A stretch of 64,000 nucleotides of DNA from Paramecium tetraurelia (GCA_000165425.1 CT868659.1:1-64000), one strand, 5' to 3'. Counted from the stretch's first letter, positions 1 through 12,502 are shown. Program-made: numbers and translations. The notes: generated by a model from the letters alone, not told the origin.

Positions 1-735
1 CAGAATATTAGAGATCATTCTAAAGTTTGATCAATTTTACTTCTAATTTTTCCAAGATTTTGAAAGAAATGTTAGGCAATCAATATCTTTCTCCTCTCTT
101 AACATCTCAAGAACCACTTTAAAGAATTATTCTTCAATATCTTATGTCTTAGCTAATAACTCATATAAGTTCTCATCTCTCTGATAACCAAATATTACTT
201 CATAAATTATATCCTCCATTTCCTTATTTATTTTTACACAAAAGGATTTAACTTCTTATTCCAATTAAACCTCTTTGGTATTCAACTTATTCAAATATGA
301 ATCTTTTTGATTATTCCATTCATTTAAAGTCTTTCCTATTGTAATTTAGACGAATTGTTCTAAGTCAGTATTTGATAATTCTATTGGATTGAGATTGTGA
401 TTAAAGAATCTCAAATACGATTCATCTTCCATTTCTAACAGATCATATATTTGTGAAATTGATTTTGATAATTCATCCCAAATTTATTATAATGCAGTTT
501 GAGTTTATAATAACATTGATTCAAAATCCTTTCTTTATGATGTAAAATCAAATGTTTAAGTTTCTTCAAATTTCTTCAAAGCCATTTCTTTAAATATGTT
601 AATTGGAATTGTATGTTTTAAGTCAACTTCGTGTTAAAATTAGCATTCAGCACACAATTTCCTTGAGCATTAGCACTTATGCGGGGCAACACATATAAAT
701 TATAGAGGATTTTGATGATGTATAGAGCAATTCAT
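1..735 (-). CDS. 5' part of a Paramecium expanded-family gene (Cys/His-rich N-terminus, typically followed by pentapeptide/WD40 repeats); runs off the window start
   Basis: ATG at 735: MNCSIHHQNPLQFICVAPHKCQCSRKLCAECQFQHEVD...NPIELSNTDLEQFVQITIGKTLNEWNNQK, open in code 6. Family recognised from memory; the repeat domain lies outside the window. Confidence 0.7.
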
Positions 736-1789
736 AAGCTGTTTAATATTAATATTGAATTTCTATTACTTTATTTTGAAATTATACCAACAAAAAATGT
801 AACTTAGGAAGAATAAAGTGACAACTCAACATGTGTGTAAAGTTGTATTCATTCACATCAAAGAGTGAATATACAAATTTGAATGAACCCATCTAACATT
901 CTCAGCCTTCCTTTTTAAATGGAAATAGAAGGGGATACAATTTTAGGTGGATTAAGTGTAATGATAATTTGATAATCGGGCTTGATGGGAAATAATCTCC
1001 TAAATATTCTACCATAAATATATATTGTAAAATATAAAAATGTGTAAAATTTTAAAATAAATAATAAGTGAGGGAAATATGTAAGAAAAGGTAATAAATA
1101 GGAGGGGTCTAAAACCAACCCCAAACCCCTATGAACCCCGATACAAAATCAGTAAATTTTGAATAATTGAAAATTCAGAGTTTTGAACCCCAATGCTTTG
1201 GTGTTTGAGGTTGGTTTATCCAAAAAAGCTATATTAAATTTACATAATAGAGGTAGTTAGATTTAATATTTTTTTTTAACACCAAGCATGATTCTAAAAT
1301 AATGTTACTGAAACTAATTAAACTCCTTCTTTTCAACTAATAATAAGATTCAATCTAAATTATCACAAATATATTATTCTTAATTTTTAAATATTTGATT
1401 TTTCAATTTTGAAAATTCCCCATATTTCATTATTTGAACGATCCGCCAGTTCTTAAGTTCCATTATATTAAGCTACTGTAAATTTACTGGGCTAGCCAAA
1501 ACAATACGCTGTAAATGGGGATAAATGTTATTAAGGAAGCAAGACCAAAAAAAAGGTAACCTCTCAAGCTCAGCTAGAAATATAAAAAGCATCATTTGAA
1601 AGGTTAGTTTTTCATATGGTATTTCCTTTTTCCTTTAGATTTGTGTAATTTTCAAATTCACCATATCGGTGTGGTACCACCTACCACATTATTATGGCTA
1701 AATTTCCAAGTCAGAACGGCCGGAACATGCTAGATTTTCCTAGCCAGTACCATCAAAACATGGATGGTTTCCTAAGCTCGCTAGGGCCG

Positions 1790-1910
1790 GAATACAAATC
1801 TCTATCCCTTTATAGGATATTAAGACAGGATATTAAAAGCCAAATTAATTGGTCATTCATATGCAGTTATATCGGTTGTTTATGGGATGTTAAGACAGGA
1901 TGGTAAATCT
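1790..1910 (+). pseudogene. Degenerate WD40-repeat gene fragment
   Basis: Frameshifted pieces read DIKTGYQ/KAKLIGHSYAVISV and LWDVKTG, matching the Paramecium WD40 repeat consensus LWDVKTGQQKAKLDGH. Confidence 0.55.
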
Positions 1911-2387
1911 TATCTTCAGATTATCGTTATAAAGATATTCTAGTATAATTTTCAAGATTATAATTAAACAATAATGTTTATTTCAAAAATTAGTAATTTT
2001 GACCACTTTTATTTAGCTACCTAAAATATTACAATTCTAACGATTTCTTAAATTCAAATTTAAGCAAAAGGAACCCTAGTCCTCAAAGGTGAATTTATAA
2101 ATTACAAAGGATATGATTTACACTCATTATTTAAGTCTAAGGGATGTTAAGTACTTTCTTTATGATTGCATATGTTCTCACAAGGTTTCCTAAAATTGGT
2201 TACATTTAGTTTTGTTTTTCCTTAAATCTTTTTAGTGATATCTCTAATTTTTACAAAAAACGTGGGAATCTCAAATTTGCTCGACCCCCCCTTTCAGAAA
2301 AAAAGCTTATACATATTTTCGAACCAGTTAGACAAACCCCAACCGTAATCGGTAAAAACGTCTTCTTTAGAAAAGACGTAGACAGGG

Positions 2388-2736
2388 NNNNNNNNNNNNN
2401 NNNNNNNNNNNNNNNNNNNNNNNNNNNNNNNNNNNNNNNNNNNNNNNNNNNNNNNNNNNNNNNNNNNNNNNNNNNNNNNNNNNNNNNNNNNNNNNNNNNN
2501 NNNNNNNNNNNNNNNNNNNNNNNNNNNNNNNNNNNNNNNNNNNNNNNNNNNNNNNNNNNNNNNNNNNNNNNNNNNNNNNNNNNNNNNNNNNNNNNNNNNN
2601 NNNNNNNNNNNNNNNNNNNNNNNNNNNNNNNNNNNNNNNNNNNNNNNNNNNNNNNNNNNNNNNNNNNNNNNNNNNNNNNNNNNNNNNNNNNNNNNNNNNN
2701 NNNNNNNNNNNNNNNNNNNNNNNNNNNNNNNNNNNN
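2388..2736. other. Assembly gap (349 N)
   Basis: Run of N; flanks look like low-quality contig ends. Confidence 0.99.
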
Positions 2737-2899
2737 AAAACCCACCACATTAAAATAAACAAAAATATTTTATATTTATGGGAGAATTAATTCTTTAAAG
2801 TTCAATAACTTAGGGATAAAGTCCTTAGACAAAGCAAAATACCTTGAAATTGTAACAAATTTAGAATAAATATAATATCTAAGCTGGGTTCGAGAGAGT

Positions 2900-3650
2900 A
2901 CAAAGAGAGCGAAAAAAAAAAGAAGGTTTATAGAATGATATTATTTAAAATCATTAGTGGTATCTAAATTAGATTTATTACATAGCAAAAGCCAAAGTTT
3001 ATGAAGTGGATAGATATCTAACCGGAATGCAGTAAGAATCTTGGATGTATGTAAATGAAGTTAGGAGATGTATCAAATCAAATATGAATTAAATAGCGAT
3101 GAAAAGGAAATTATAAGTTTTGAAGACTGAAGAGCGATAATGGAGGGATTTGTGGGAGAAATTTCATTAATTACTACTCGTATGGCGAAAATAAAAGTTG
3201 TATCAAAGTTGGTCAAAGGAAATTACTTATAAGAAGCACTTTGGATATTATTCAAATGAGAAGACATCAGAAAGATTTTAATGAATTTTTGATTTTAGCA
3301 TATATGAGTCATTCGACGAGAAGGTGAAAAAAGATTGACATTTAGAGTGAGCCTTCAAATGGATTCTTTGATTTATAGCAATAAAAATTATGTAAATATA
3401 AGTTCTTAATTTGCTTAAAGGTGGTGTGTTATATGACGAAGAAGGTTATTGAATGAAAATGGGGAGAGTGGATTGGGATGTCGGATGGATTTTATGATTA
3501 TTCATAAATAACATACTATAAAATTGTTAAATGGAATATCTTGGAAGGAAATATAAAAATATTGTATTTAGTGGAGATATTAAATAATTTTATACAATGG
3601 AGAATATCAAACGGTATACTAATGGAAAATGGGAAGAATATGATTTCATA
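2900..3650 (+). pseudogene. Decayed member of the Paramecium GGGxYD..GxKxGxWxE repeat protein family
   Basis: 3420-3520 reads GGVLYDEEGY*MKMG, then after a frameshift WIGMSDGFYDYSQITY; in-frame TGA and frameshifts present. Boundaries approximate. Confidence 0.55.
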
Positions 3651-6600
3651 TTAATTTATTTAGACTTGTTCAGATTTGTATTCTCTTAACTAATTATTTC
3701 TCATAAATCAGTATTAAAATTCTAAAAAATCAAATCTCTTAATTCCTAACACTAACTTTTTTTCTTTATTAATCAGATTATTATGCTATTATAAATGGTC
3801 TTTAAAACTTACATTTAACCTTCTAAAAAATTGTATTAAATGCATAATATATTAAGGAAATATTCACCAAATCTACTCCTTTTGCTAATGAAAAAGAAAT
3901 TGTTGTCTGAAAAATCTTGAACTAATAAACAATTAAAATCGCTGGATGAAATGTATCATGCCTCTCGAATAATGAATATCTCAATATTTGTTTCATCAGC
4001 TAGAAATCATCGAGATTTACAAAAGAATTGCTTTAATAAGAATTTGTAGATAATTTGGAACTCAAATTTAAATAATATTTTTATTGCTTTTAAAACAATT
4101 AAATATAATATCTATTAAAGGATGTATCTCTGTAAGTGGAATTAAGAGAAAATTATAGATTTTACATTTCCTTTGCTAAATGAATTACAAGATTTTAAAA
4201 AAATGTATAGATGTTCGAAAAATGATAATTTCAATCAAGTAAATGTATCATTTACTCATATTCTTGATAGTTTAGTTACAAACAAACATTAATAAGGCTT
4301 TTTTATCTAGATGATTATATTTTTTGGTCCTATCTATTTTGAATTCATTTGTTAATTCCAGGGTGTAAAATTTTCATTCATAGATATTTTGAATGTCACT
4401 CCTCTCCTACAATATTCTTTGGAGCAATATTTATATTCTTATGGAATTTGCCCAATTTATGACTATTTTTTTTTTCAAATATTTCGTCTTCTATGTTGTA
4501 GAGAATAATCTAACCTTATTTCTCGTTTTGAACTTAGTTTAATATCTTTAACAAAGGATTTGTAAATATTTTTGATGTTTAACAATCCTTTTGAATTCAG
4601 ATGAAATAGCTTTAATCAATTATATTATTGCCACCATACAGATAAAATACAGGATAATTTTTAGTGATAATATACTTGATAAAATATTTAATTACTCCAA
4701 ATCATGGTAGTAATAAATTTAACCCAATAGTCTCTTATCTCCAGAGCTATAAGAGGCTTTAAATAATTAAAGAGACCGCCAGGAATTAGGATCCAATGAG
4801 GTAATGAGTAAGAATTGCCTCCCATGAGTCAATTTTCGATTAAGAAAGCAGGATCCTTTTAGGGTAGATCCAGTCTTTGTGGATGGGGATCCAAATATGG
4901 AAATTAGCCAAGGGCAATCCTCAAAATCACCTGAGGGATTGCTCTAAGATTGCATCATTTATAAATCATATAGGATCAATTTTCTGGGACTAGATCTGTC
5001 TATTGAAAATAAGATAATGGACTGAGAAACCTAATAAAATGCGGCATATATTAAAATTCATACTCTTTATTTACTTAAAAGATTCATGATTTTAATTGAT
5101 ACAATAGTTAAAATAATTTGTTCAATTGTTTCAAAGCTTTCCTTTTTGTGAAATAAATATATCTCAATCAATAAATGGAAAGATTTCATATGCTTTCTAG
5201 GTATTTTATGAGTCAAAATATATAATTAATGATTAATTTAAATTAATTATATAATTGGAAGAAGTTACAAACTCTTTAGAATTAAATTATTTCTTATTAA
5301 GAAGAATTTATTAGCGAAACACCAAAAGAATTATTAAAATTTATTACAATACCATAATGTTTAAACTATAAACGGGATTGATTTTACCTAAATATCAAAA
5401 TCAATTTCCTCCAACTATTTAATATTTGAATATCAGCTAATATGCTTTTTCTTTTTTCTAATTTTACAAAAATTGAATAGATGAACGAAGTTATCTTTCT
5501 ATTTTTGATAAGTTATTAGATCTATTGCAGCATCTTGATCTTCATAATCAACTTTTTATCATTTATGAAGTTGTCATAGAAGCAAAAGGTTACTCACTTA
5601 ACTTTCAAATATTATACATATTTTACTTAAATAGAAGGAGGTGATCTCAAAATTTTCTATAAGAAAACAATTTTTTATAAATTTATTTGATTAACAATAA
5701 CATCTTAAGAAATCCTTTTAAAACTAATTATCTAAAGATTGTATAGCAAATTTCTTAGAAAATTATTAATGAGGATGAAATACAAGTCAAATTACTTCAC
5801 ACTAAATATCAGTATTTGGACCTTATTTTTCATTTTAATTTTGGCATTTGTGAACAAAAAAATGTCAAAATTATAATATTGTGTTTGAATTATTAGTATA
5901 AAATATAAGTGATGAGTAAATTATGAATTATTCTTATAAAATTTTTAGATTTTAATCATTTTTAAAAAAAATACCTTTTAAGATGTACTTGTTCTTCTTT
6001 ATTTATATCAATTTATGCTAACAAAGTATATTTTTAGATTCTAAATAGAAAATTCATATTTACTTTCTCCTACATATTTAATTCTTTTATCGTATTCATC
6101 GGAGCGCTTTAATTATCGATATTGATAACAGAAATAGTTTTTGCAATAGTTTGATTCTTCTATTACAGTCCATTCTATATTTTTAGAATTAATTCTACTT
6201 GCATGAAAATAAAATGTTATATGGTCTAATTTTGTTTTAATTTTTACTTTGATGTTTTAATAATTTCATAAATTGGCTAATGTTCAAAGTTATAGATATC
6301 AGTTTAATTATTGAAATGCAATGATTAGTTAGCGGAAAATTACTCATATGTTAAATTTTCAGTTCTTTAGCTACCCATCATCAGTAATTTGATAATCGAT
6401 GCTAAAATATATAGATTATGATCTGTTTAAATATTAATTTGTTAATATTTTTCGTGTGAAAAAGAATGTTTAAATAGTTATACATATAATTAAAAATAAG
6501 TTGATGGAATGAATTAAATCATTAATTGTTTCTCCACTAGGTTTCATTTTGATTTTTACAAATTTCCATTATTTTTTTTTCTATTTTAGAAACTAGATAT

Positions 6601-6879
6601 TTTATTTTTAAGAATTCAAGGTGAAAAAAATTTTTTTTTACATATTCACACCTTGATGAAAAAATTTTCACACCATGTATTAATATTTTCTTCCTTAAAT
6701 CTATTTTTTTTTAAATAATTTTTCTCTCATTATTTAGAATTATCCATAATCACTTAAAGTTCCAAATATTGTAATTATCAATAAGAATTGATAACCTAAA
6801 TAGTTTTGGCGCATTTACCTATTAGTTATCATTATAATTATTGATATGGTCAATGCTCTATAAGTTTATTAAAGAACTT

Positions 6880-7420
6880 TATTATCTTTAAGAACTACCC
6901 ATTTTAAAAAAATTTGGGAACTAGAAATTGAATCAATTTATGGATGTTTGATTTGATTTCGGCTAGAAAACAAAAAATTTTTTCGTTAATTTAGCATAAT
7001 CTAAATCCTGAGTCATTCATTCTATATCAATTATTTTACCAATTAAGAAATGACTGATAATCCATCACTAAGATTTATTTATCTTCGCTACAGGAAATTA
7101 ATTAGCTACCCTACTAATTATAGAGATTACCTACGAATATTTCACACTCCCTAATTGTTTAAAAGCATATCCATGACTAATTATTTTTAATTTTTTAACC
7201 CCACAATTGATTAGAAAAACAAATACAAGAAATGATTAAATCCTCCTAAATTTACATTTTAATATAGAGGATGGACAAAGTAAGACATATTAGCTTATTT
7301 AGGCCTTGCAATTTAAACTGTTGATCATAATATGACTTATGAATCAAAAGACCCAGAACTAATTAATCCACTTGATTTAAAAATATGAAAGCTTAAATTC
7401 CTTTGTTAGGACAGTTAATT
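6880..7420 (+). pseudogene. Decayed 3' part of a Paramecium expanded-family gene (C-terminal domain recalled from TPR-repeat proteins)
   Basis: ELPILKKFGNQKLNQFMDV*FDFGQKTKNFFVNLA and KYKK*LNPPKFTFQYRGWTKQDILAYLGLAIQTVDHNMTYESKDPELINPLDLKNMKAQIP; protein-like frames broken by TGA. Confidence 0.5.
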
Positions 7421-7613
7421 TCATGGATTTATTGTAATTTTTCTTCAAAAATTCTAAATATTTCTACGTAAAATGAATAGGAAATTAGAAAACAAGAATA
7501 TAAAATAGATAGTCGAATTTTATTATTTGATATTGAGATGACTTAAAAATTGTCTCATTATCAAAGATAGCTTTAAACTCAAAAATTAACTTACTTTATT
7601 CTGGATTTTAAAT

Positions 7614-7633
7614 ACATTACATTACATTACATT
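7614..7633 (-). repeat. (AATGT)4 tandem tail of the LINE
   Basis: Plus strand ACATT x4, directly abutting the left TSD copy. Confidence 0.9.
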
Positions 7634-8338
7634 CTTCCCTGCAAGGGAGATAAACACAAAATATATAAATTAATTCACATTTATACAAAGTTACTTTTTT
7701 AAATACACTCCTCAATCTAACGCTCCATCTTTTAAATTCTTTTCTTCTTTCCTTGATTACTAAAAATTAATTTTAATAATTTGTCTTCCGATATTTTTAA
7801 ATTTCTCTCTATTAAATGTTTCGCTGTAGCTCTTACCTTATGTTTTTTACATCTAAGCATACACAGTTTATAGATTTAAACTATATTATTTGGTAATTGT
7901 TTCACTCTTATTTAATCACCTTTGATATCCTCAAAATCTTATTATTCTAGATCTAAGCTAAACCCTCTATTTGCTAATCTTTGGTATATTAATATTTTAT
8001 TTAGTTTATAAATGTTATTTGTTTTCTTAGCACAACTATTAACGAATTTGTCAGTTGTATTCATTGGTAGATTTCCAATAACTTTGATCGACTTTTTATA
8101 ACTAAGTTAAATGGTTCTTTAATAGGTTTTTCGTTTTTCTTACCAGAATGCGGATGCTGAATAATCATAAGGTGGCTTAATAAAAACATTCCATAATTAT
8201 AGTTTTAATTTAAAGTTCATTTTTTATCCTATCCACTTTAGCTATCTTGCTAAAAATGTTGTTCTATTCTTAACTTTTTCAATTTAATCTTTACAAGTGC
8301 CAAGCCTATTTACTGTAATTCCAAGATAAACATATTTA
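7615..8338 (-). mobile_element. 5'-truncated non-LTR retrotransposon (LINE) insertion
   Basis: ORF 8337-7675 begins KYVYLGI (RT motif-7 YxYLG), followed by the thumb-like KLKLQLWNVFIKPPYDYSASAFW...YKKSIKVIGNLPMNTT. 3' hairpin and (AATGT)4 tail. Direct repeat GATTTTAAATA at 7604-7614 and 8339-8349. Confidence 0.88.
7675..8337 (-). pseudogene. C-terminal 220 codons of the LINE reverse-transcriptase ORF (5'-truncated, no internal stop)
   Basis: Uninterrupted in code 6 from KYVYLG to ...KSNFVQM* (TGA 7677-7675); a TGA lies a few codons upstream, beyond the TSD. Confidence 0.8.
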
Positions 8339-9193
8339 GATTTTAAATAAAAGAGTCAAATTATTTTTGACTTTATAAAACAAAGAAAATTCAAAAAATT
8401 TAATTAATAATTGGGCAATCATTTCATAACATTAAAAATTTGCAAGATTGTGTCTAATAAAATTAAATTAGAAATGTTTAGAATAAAATATGGATAATGC
8501 TTACCAATGAATTTAGAAATTAATCATGAATAAACGGTACCTAATATTTTTGAAATAATTTCTACAAATTCTGAAGTTTGAATTTAAAATTCATATTAAA
8601 AAACCGAGTAATAACAAATTCCTGATTCTAAAGTATAGAGAATATTATTTGGCAGTTAGAATGTAATTTAATTATAAAGATATATCATAGTTATCACAAA
8701 GATGATGTAATGTAAAGCAAAAGTTTAGAAAGAACTAAATAAAAATTATAAATCACTTAAGTAAAGAATCTTTATCAGCTCATTCAGTTTTTATCTCCGT
8801 ATTTTTCAAATGGTTACAGGGTAACAGCATTCCTTAGTAGTAAAAAAAAAATATATTTTCACGTAAATGATAAATAATAATTATAAGTAGCTGAATATTG
8901 ATAAATTAATAAGTCACAATAAAAATCAATAAAGCAGATTAAATGAATATATTTTTATGATGATAATCTCTTACTAAATTAAGCATTAATATTCTCAGAA
9001 AATCAAAATTCTATTACTCTAATATCAAAACAACTTCCAAAGACGTGATGACTAAAGATAAAAAGATTTATTTTTTAAAGCTTCTATATAAAGTTGACAT
9101 TATATTATTTTATTTTACTTAATATACTAAAATTTCTACACATTATCATAACCAAAAGAATTATTTTATATAAATATAATTAATAGAAATACA

Positions 9194-10417
9194 ATGTAAT
9201 AGGTTTAAGAGGCAGTTGCTTAAAATTAAGATCCTTAGAAAAGTCTTCAAGAATAAATTGAGAATTTGCAGGTGTTTAATCATAATTGCGTACAGTAAAT
9301 AGCACAATTAAAAATAAAAGTTTGTCATCTTGAAAAAGAGACATAAAATCTGGAGAATCAGAAATAAATCATAATTAGTGGTTGTCAGGGGTAATTAGGT
9401 TAACTTGAGTCAAAGACGGAATAGAAATTAGCGGCGCAGGCAAGTATATATTAGGTGACTATATCGGAATTAAATAATTAGATTAAACGATTAAATACTA
9501 TGATTGTAGAGGCTGAAAAAAATTCAGAGCAAATAATAAGGGAGAAGGATAGTACGATTGAAAAATAATGGAATATTATTAAATTAATGGGAAAAAGTTT
9601 GCAAATAAATAGTTCGATTGAATAGAATTAGTATTCAAATAGCATAGCATAATCTAATTAAAAAAAGTGTTAGACTTCTAATTTAATGATAACTGAAGAA
9701 TAAAACGGGTATAAGGTTAATTAAAATTAATCTATTACTAATGATGAACAAATGCTTTAAATTATAGAACATTTTTAAGCATAGAATAAGCACTTGAAAT
9801 AAGAATTCGATAGCTTTCTAATAAAGAACGAGAATTTAAAAAAATTATCTAATCATATTAAGGATTAATAGAAGGTCATATATGAGAAAAATGAAATCTT
9901 TGCAAATATTGCTAGTTATGTAGAAAAGCTAAAGAAAAATTAACAAAATAAGGAATAGTTTGATGAATTGTTTAAAATTTAAGAACTTACTATTTTAGGG
10001 AGGAAAGAAAATGGTTTGAATAAATTGTTTAATTGTTGTGATGGATAATATGAAATTGTATATTGTCAATCCAGGAAATGTGTGTATCATATTAATTGCC
10101 TATATGATAAAGTAATAAAATAAGGATAAATAACTATGAATAATTGCGATTGTGATTAACCATTTCCTTATTAACTTTTAAGAAGGATGAACTTTGTTGA
10201 AGCAAAATGTTTATTGGAAAAAATTTTGGAAGGCCAGCAAATAAAATTATTAACTGAAATTGTAAAGAGTCAAAAACTTCTAGTTTACAAATGTCCCAAC
10301 CTATTTTGTAGCTTTGAATGGTGCTTTAAACCAAATAGTGAAAGTCTAAACACTGGATCTGTATCCTATTGTCCAAATTGTTAGATGATCGTTTAATCTG
10401 AGGTAAAGGTAGAATGA
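9194..10417 (+). CDS. Coiled-coil protein with C-terminal Cys-rich (RING/IBR-like) region
   Basis: MQQVQEAVAQNQDP..., Q/E/K-rich, then CVYHINCL...CDC...CPNLFC...CPNC; TGA 10415-10417. Confidence 0.65.
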
Positions 10418-10436
10418 TTGTTATAATAAATATTTA

Positions 10437-12502
10437 ATGAATGAAATTTTACCAGATGTCTCAGTACGTAATCCTTCTTGTTCAGCGGATATTAGTAGTC
10501 TGCATTAGGTGAGCATAGTTCAGGCACTTGATCATCGATAAGCTAATAGAGTAGGTCGACCAAAATATAAAGGAAGAATTTGTATTTGTTGTGGTTTGCA
10601 AATTGTATAAATATATTTACAAAGGAAAGAGAAAGCTTTAATTTTGGAATATCGAGTAATCAACTGGGGTTTTTAGGTAGTAGTTATCCTTTATATTTTG
10701 ACTTCATCAAATCTTGTTTAACCATAATTGCCATCTAATATATAACAGTTGGTAATTTTTAATTAATTACTCATATTGGAACCTTGTTTGAATTGTCTGA
10801 AACTGAAAAACGATTGTAATAAAAGTAAGACGTATTAAGTTTAACCGCTTTATACTTTGCAATGATCTACTTAATATATTTTAGACATAATTAAATTAAG
10901 CTAGATAGTTTTTGTGATTTAAAACAAACAACTCTAGGAGATTACACAGTCATATTTCAAGGATTGCCCTTGGATTTACCACGAGAAGAATTAGAACTGA
11001 AAATACAAGAGGAGTTTGAGAACGTAGTAAAAGTGTGCTTTATTTTCAAATAAATAATTTAAAAAAAAAAAAACTAGAGAATATTTTTGGATTAATTATG
11101 AGATACTTATTTTGAATAGAACTACTTTTCTGGAAGTGCTCTTGTATCATTCAAATATAAGCAAGACAAACTTAAATTCCTGAAAAAAGAAAATACAACA
11201 CTTTTAAATACTATTTAAAACAATCATTGAATCTAGATTAAAATAATGATGGATATGTAAATTTTTAAGGGATTAGTTTGGCTGTAAGATAAGCTCCAGA
11301 ACCTACAGATATTAATTGGAAAAGCTTAAATGAGTGGATAGAGTTGTCTTAATTCAAAAGACTCCTATAAATCTTTTTTAACTTTTTCTTATTAATATCT
11401 TTATTAGTAGTGACTTGTACTACAGAATACAGCAAAAATAAGATGATATCCTTTAAATCTTGTTTCACACCTTTAATAACGATAATTTGCTATTACTTTT
11501 TTCCATAAATAACTAAAAGAATAACCTTCAGAAAGTACATATCTTGGACACAATCTTAGAAGAGTTAATCGTTTAAATTGACTATTTTTATGTCTTTATT
11601 TACTATCTACATAGCCAAATTCATAGATGGAGAATTTTTTTGGCTCTTTGCTTGGTATCGAATTAATTTATTATTATTTAGTAACTCATTTCTACCTCCC
11701 ATATTTATTCTCTTAAAACCTTAGTAACAAATTAAAAATTACAAAATCAATTATTAACAATAGCCTATCACTTAGGATGAATTAAATGAACTTTATGAAC
11801 TTCAACAACACAATTTAACCAGGAATTATGCTTATATTAATTATACGATGATAATTACAACATATACGGAAATATCATACGATTAATTAAATTATGTCAT
11901 TTATAGGATTAAGTCTTTTCTATTGGGCTGATAAATACATTCTATTGAGTCATTCAACTGTCAAGCATTAACCCTCTTCTAGTTTATCTCTTGAAATGTT
12001 TACATTAATATCATATACTCCTATTATAATATCTTGTCAGCATTTTATGAATTCTAATGAAAACAGGATTCCTTTAATATAACTGATCAGTGCATTCGTG
12101 TTCTATTTGATCCCTAAAGACCTGATTATTAACAACATATGGAAGACAAAAAAGCTCAAGGAATTTTCCCCCTATGACGAATCCCAATTTAATTCTTGTT
12201 ATGATAGAACAAATCCTGCCTTACAAGATAAGGCAATTCATAATTGGGTCAATTAACAAAAGAAAGCACATTCTATTCAAAGAAGAATTTTACATTTGCT
12301 TAATGAGGAATAAAAAATGAAACACAAAAGATCTTTAGAAAAACAATTGGCAAAAATTTAGAAATAAATTGGGTATGTAGAAGCATAGTTGGAATAAAAA
12401 TAAACTACTAAAGTTTTAATTAAGACAAATCTTAAGACTCTTGAAATATTGACATGTGTAAATATTTGTAAATTATTTATTCAATTTTTCTAATGCGAAT
12501 GA
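10437..12502 (+). pseudogene. CSC1/OSCA/TMEM63-like membrane channel gene, disrupted
   Basis: CICCG..LGFLGSSYPLYFDFIK, FSGSALVSF, APEPTDINW, ITQDELNELYE, YWADKY. In-frame TGA at 11099-11101 and frameshifts near 11185 and 11860-11890. 3' end approximate. Confidence 0.7.

Noticed and set aside
1111..1140. CCAACCCCAAACCCC resembling telomeric C4A2/C3A3 repeats
   Set aside because: Only about two imperfect units; not a telomere array.
2358..2379. Hairpin ACGTCTT..AAGACGT next to the gap
   Set aside because: Lies in a probably low-quality contig end with no supporting context.
2251..2762. ORF-track entries of 165 aa and 131 aa
   Set aside because: Artefacts of translating through the N gap.
8705..8715. 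ATGTAATGTAA, similar to the LINE tail
   Set aside because: Two units only, with no hairpin, ORF or TSD; expected by chance in AT-rich DNA.
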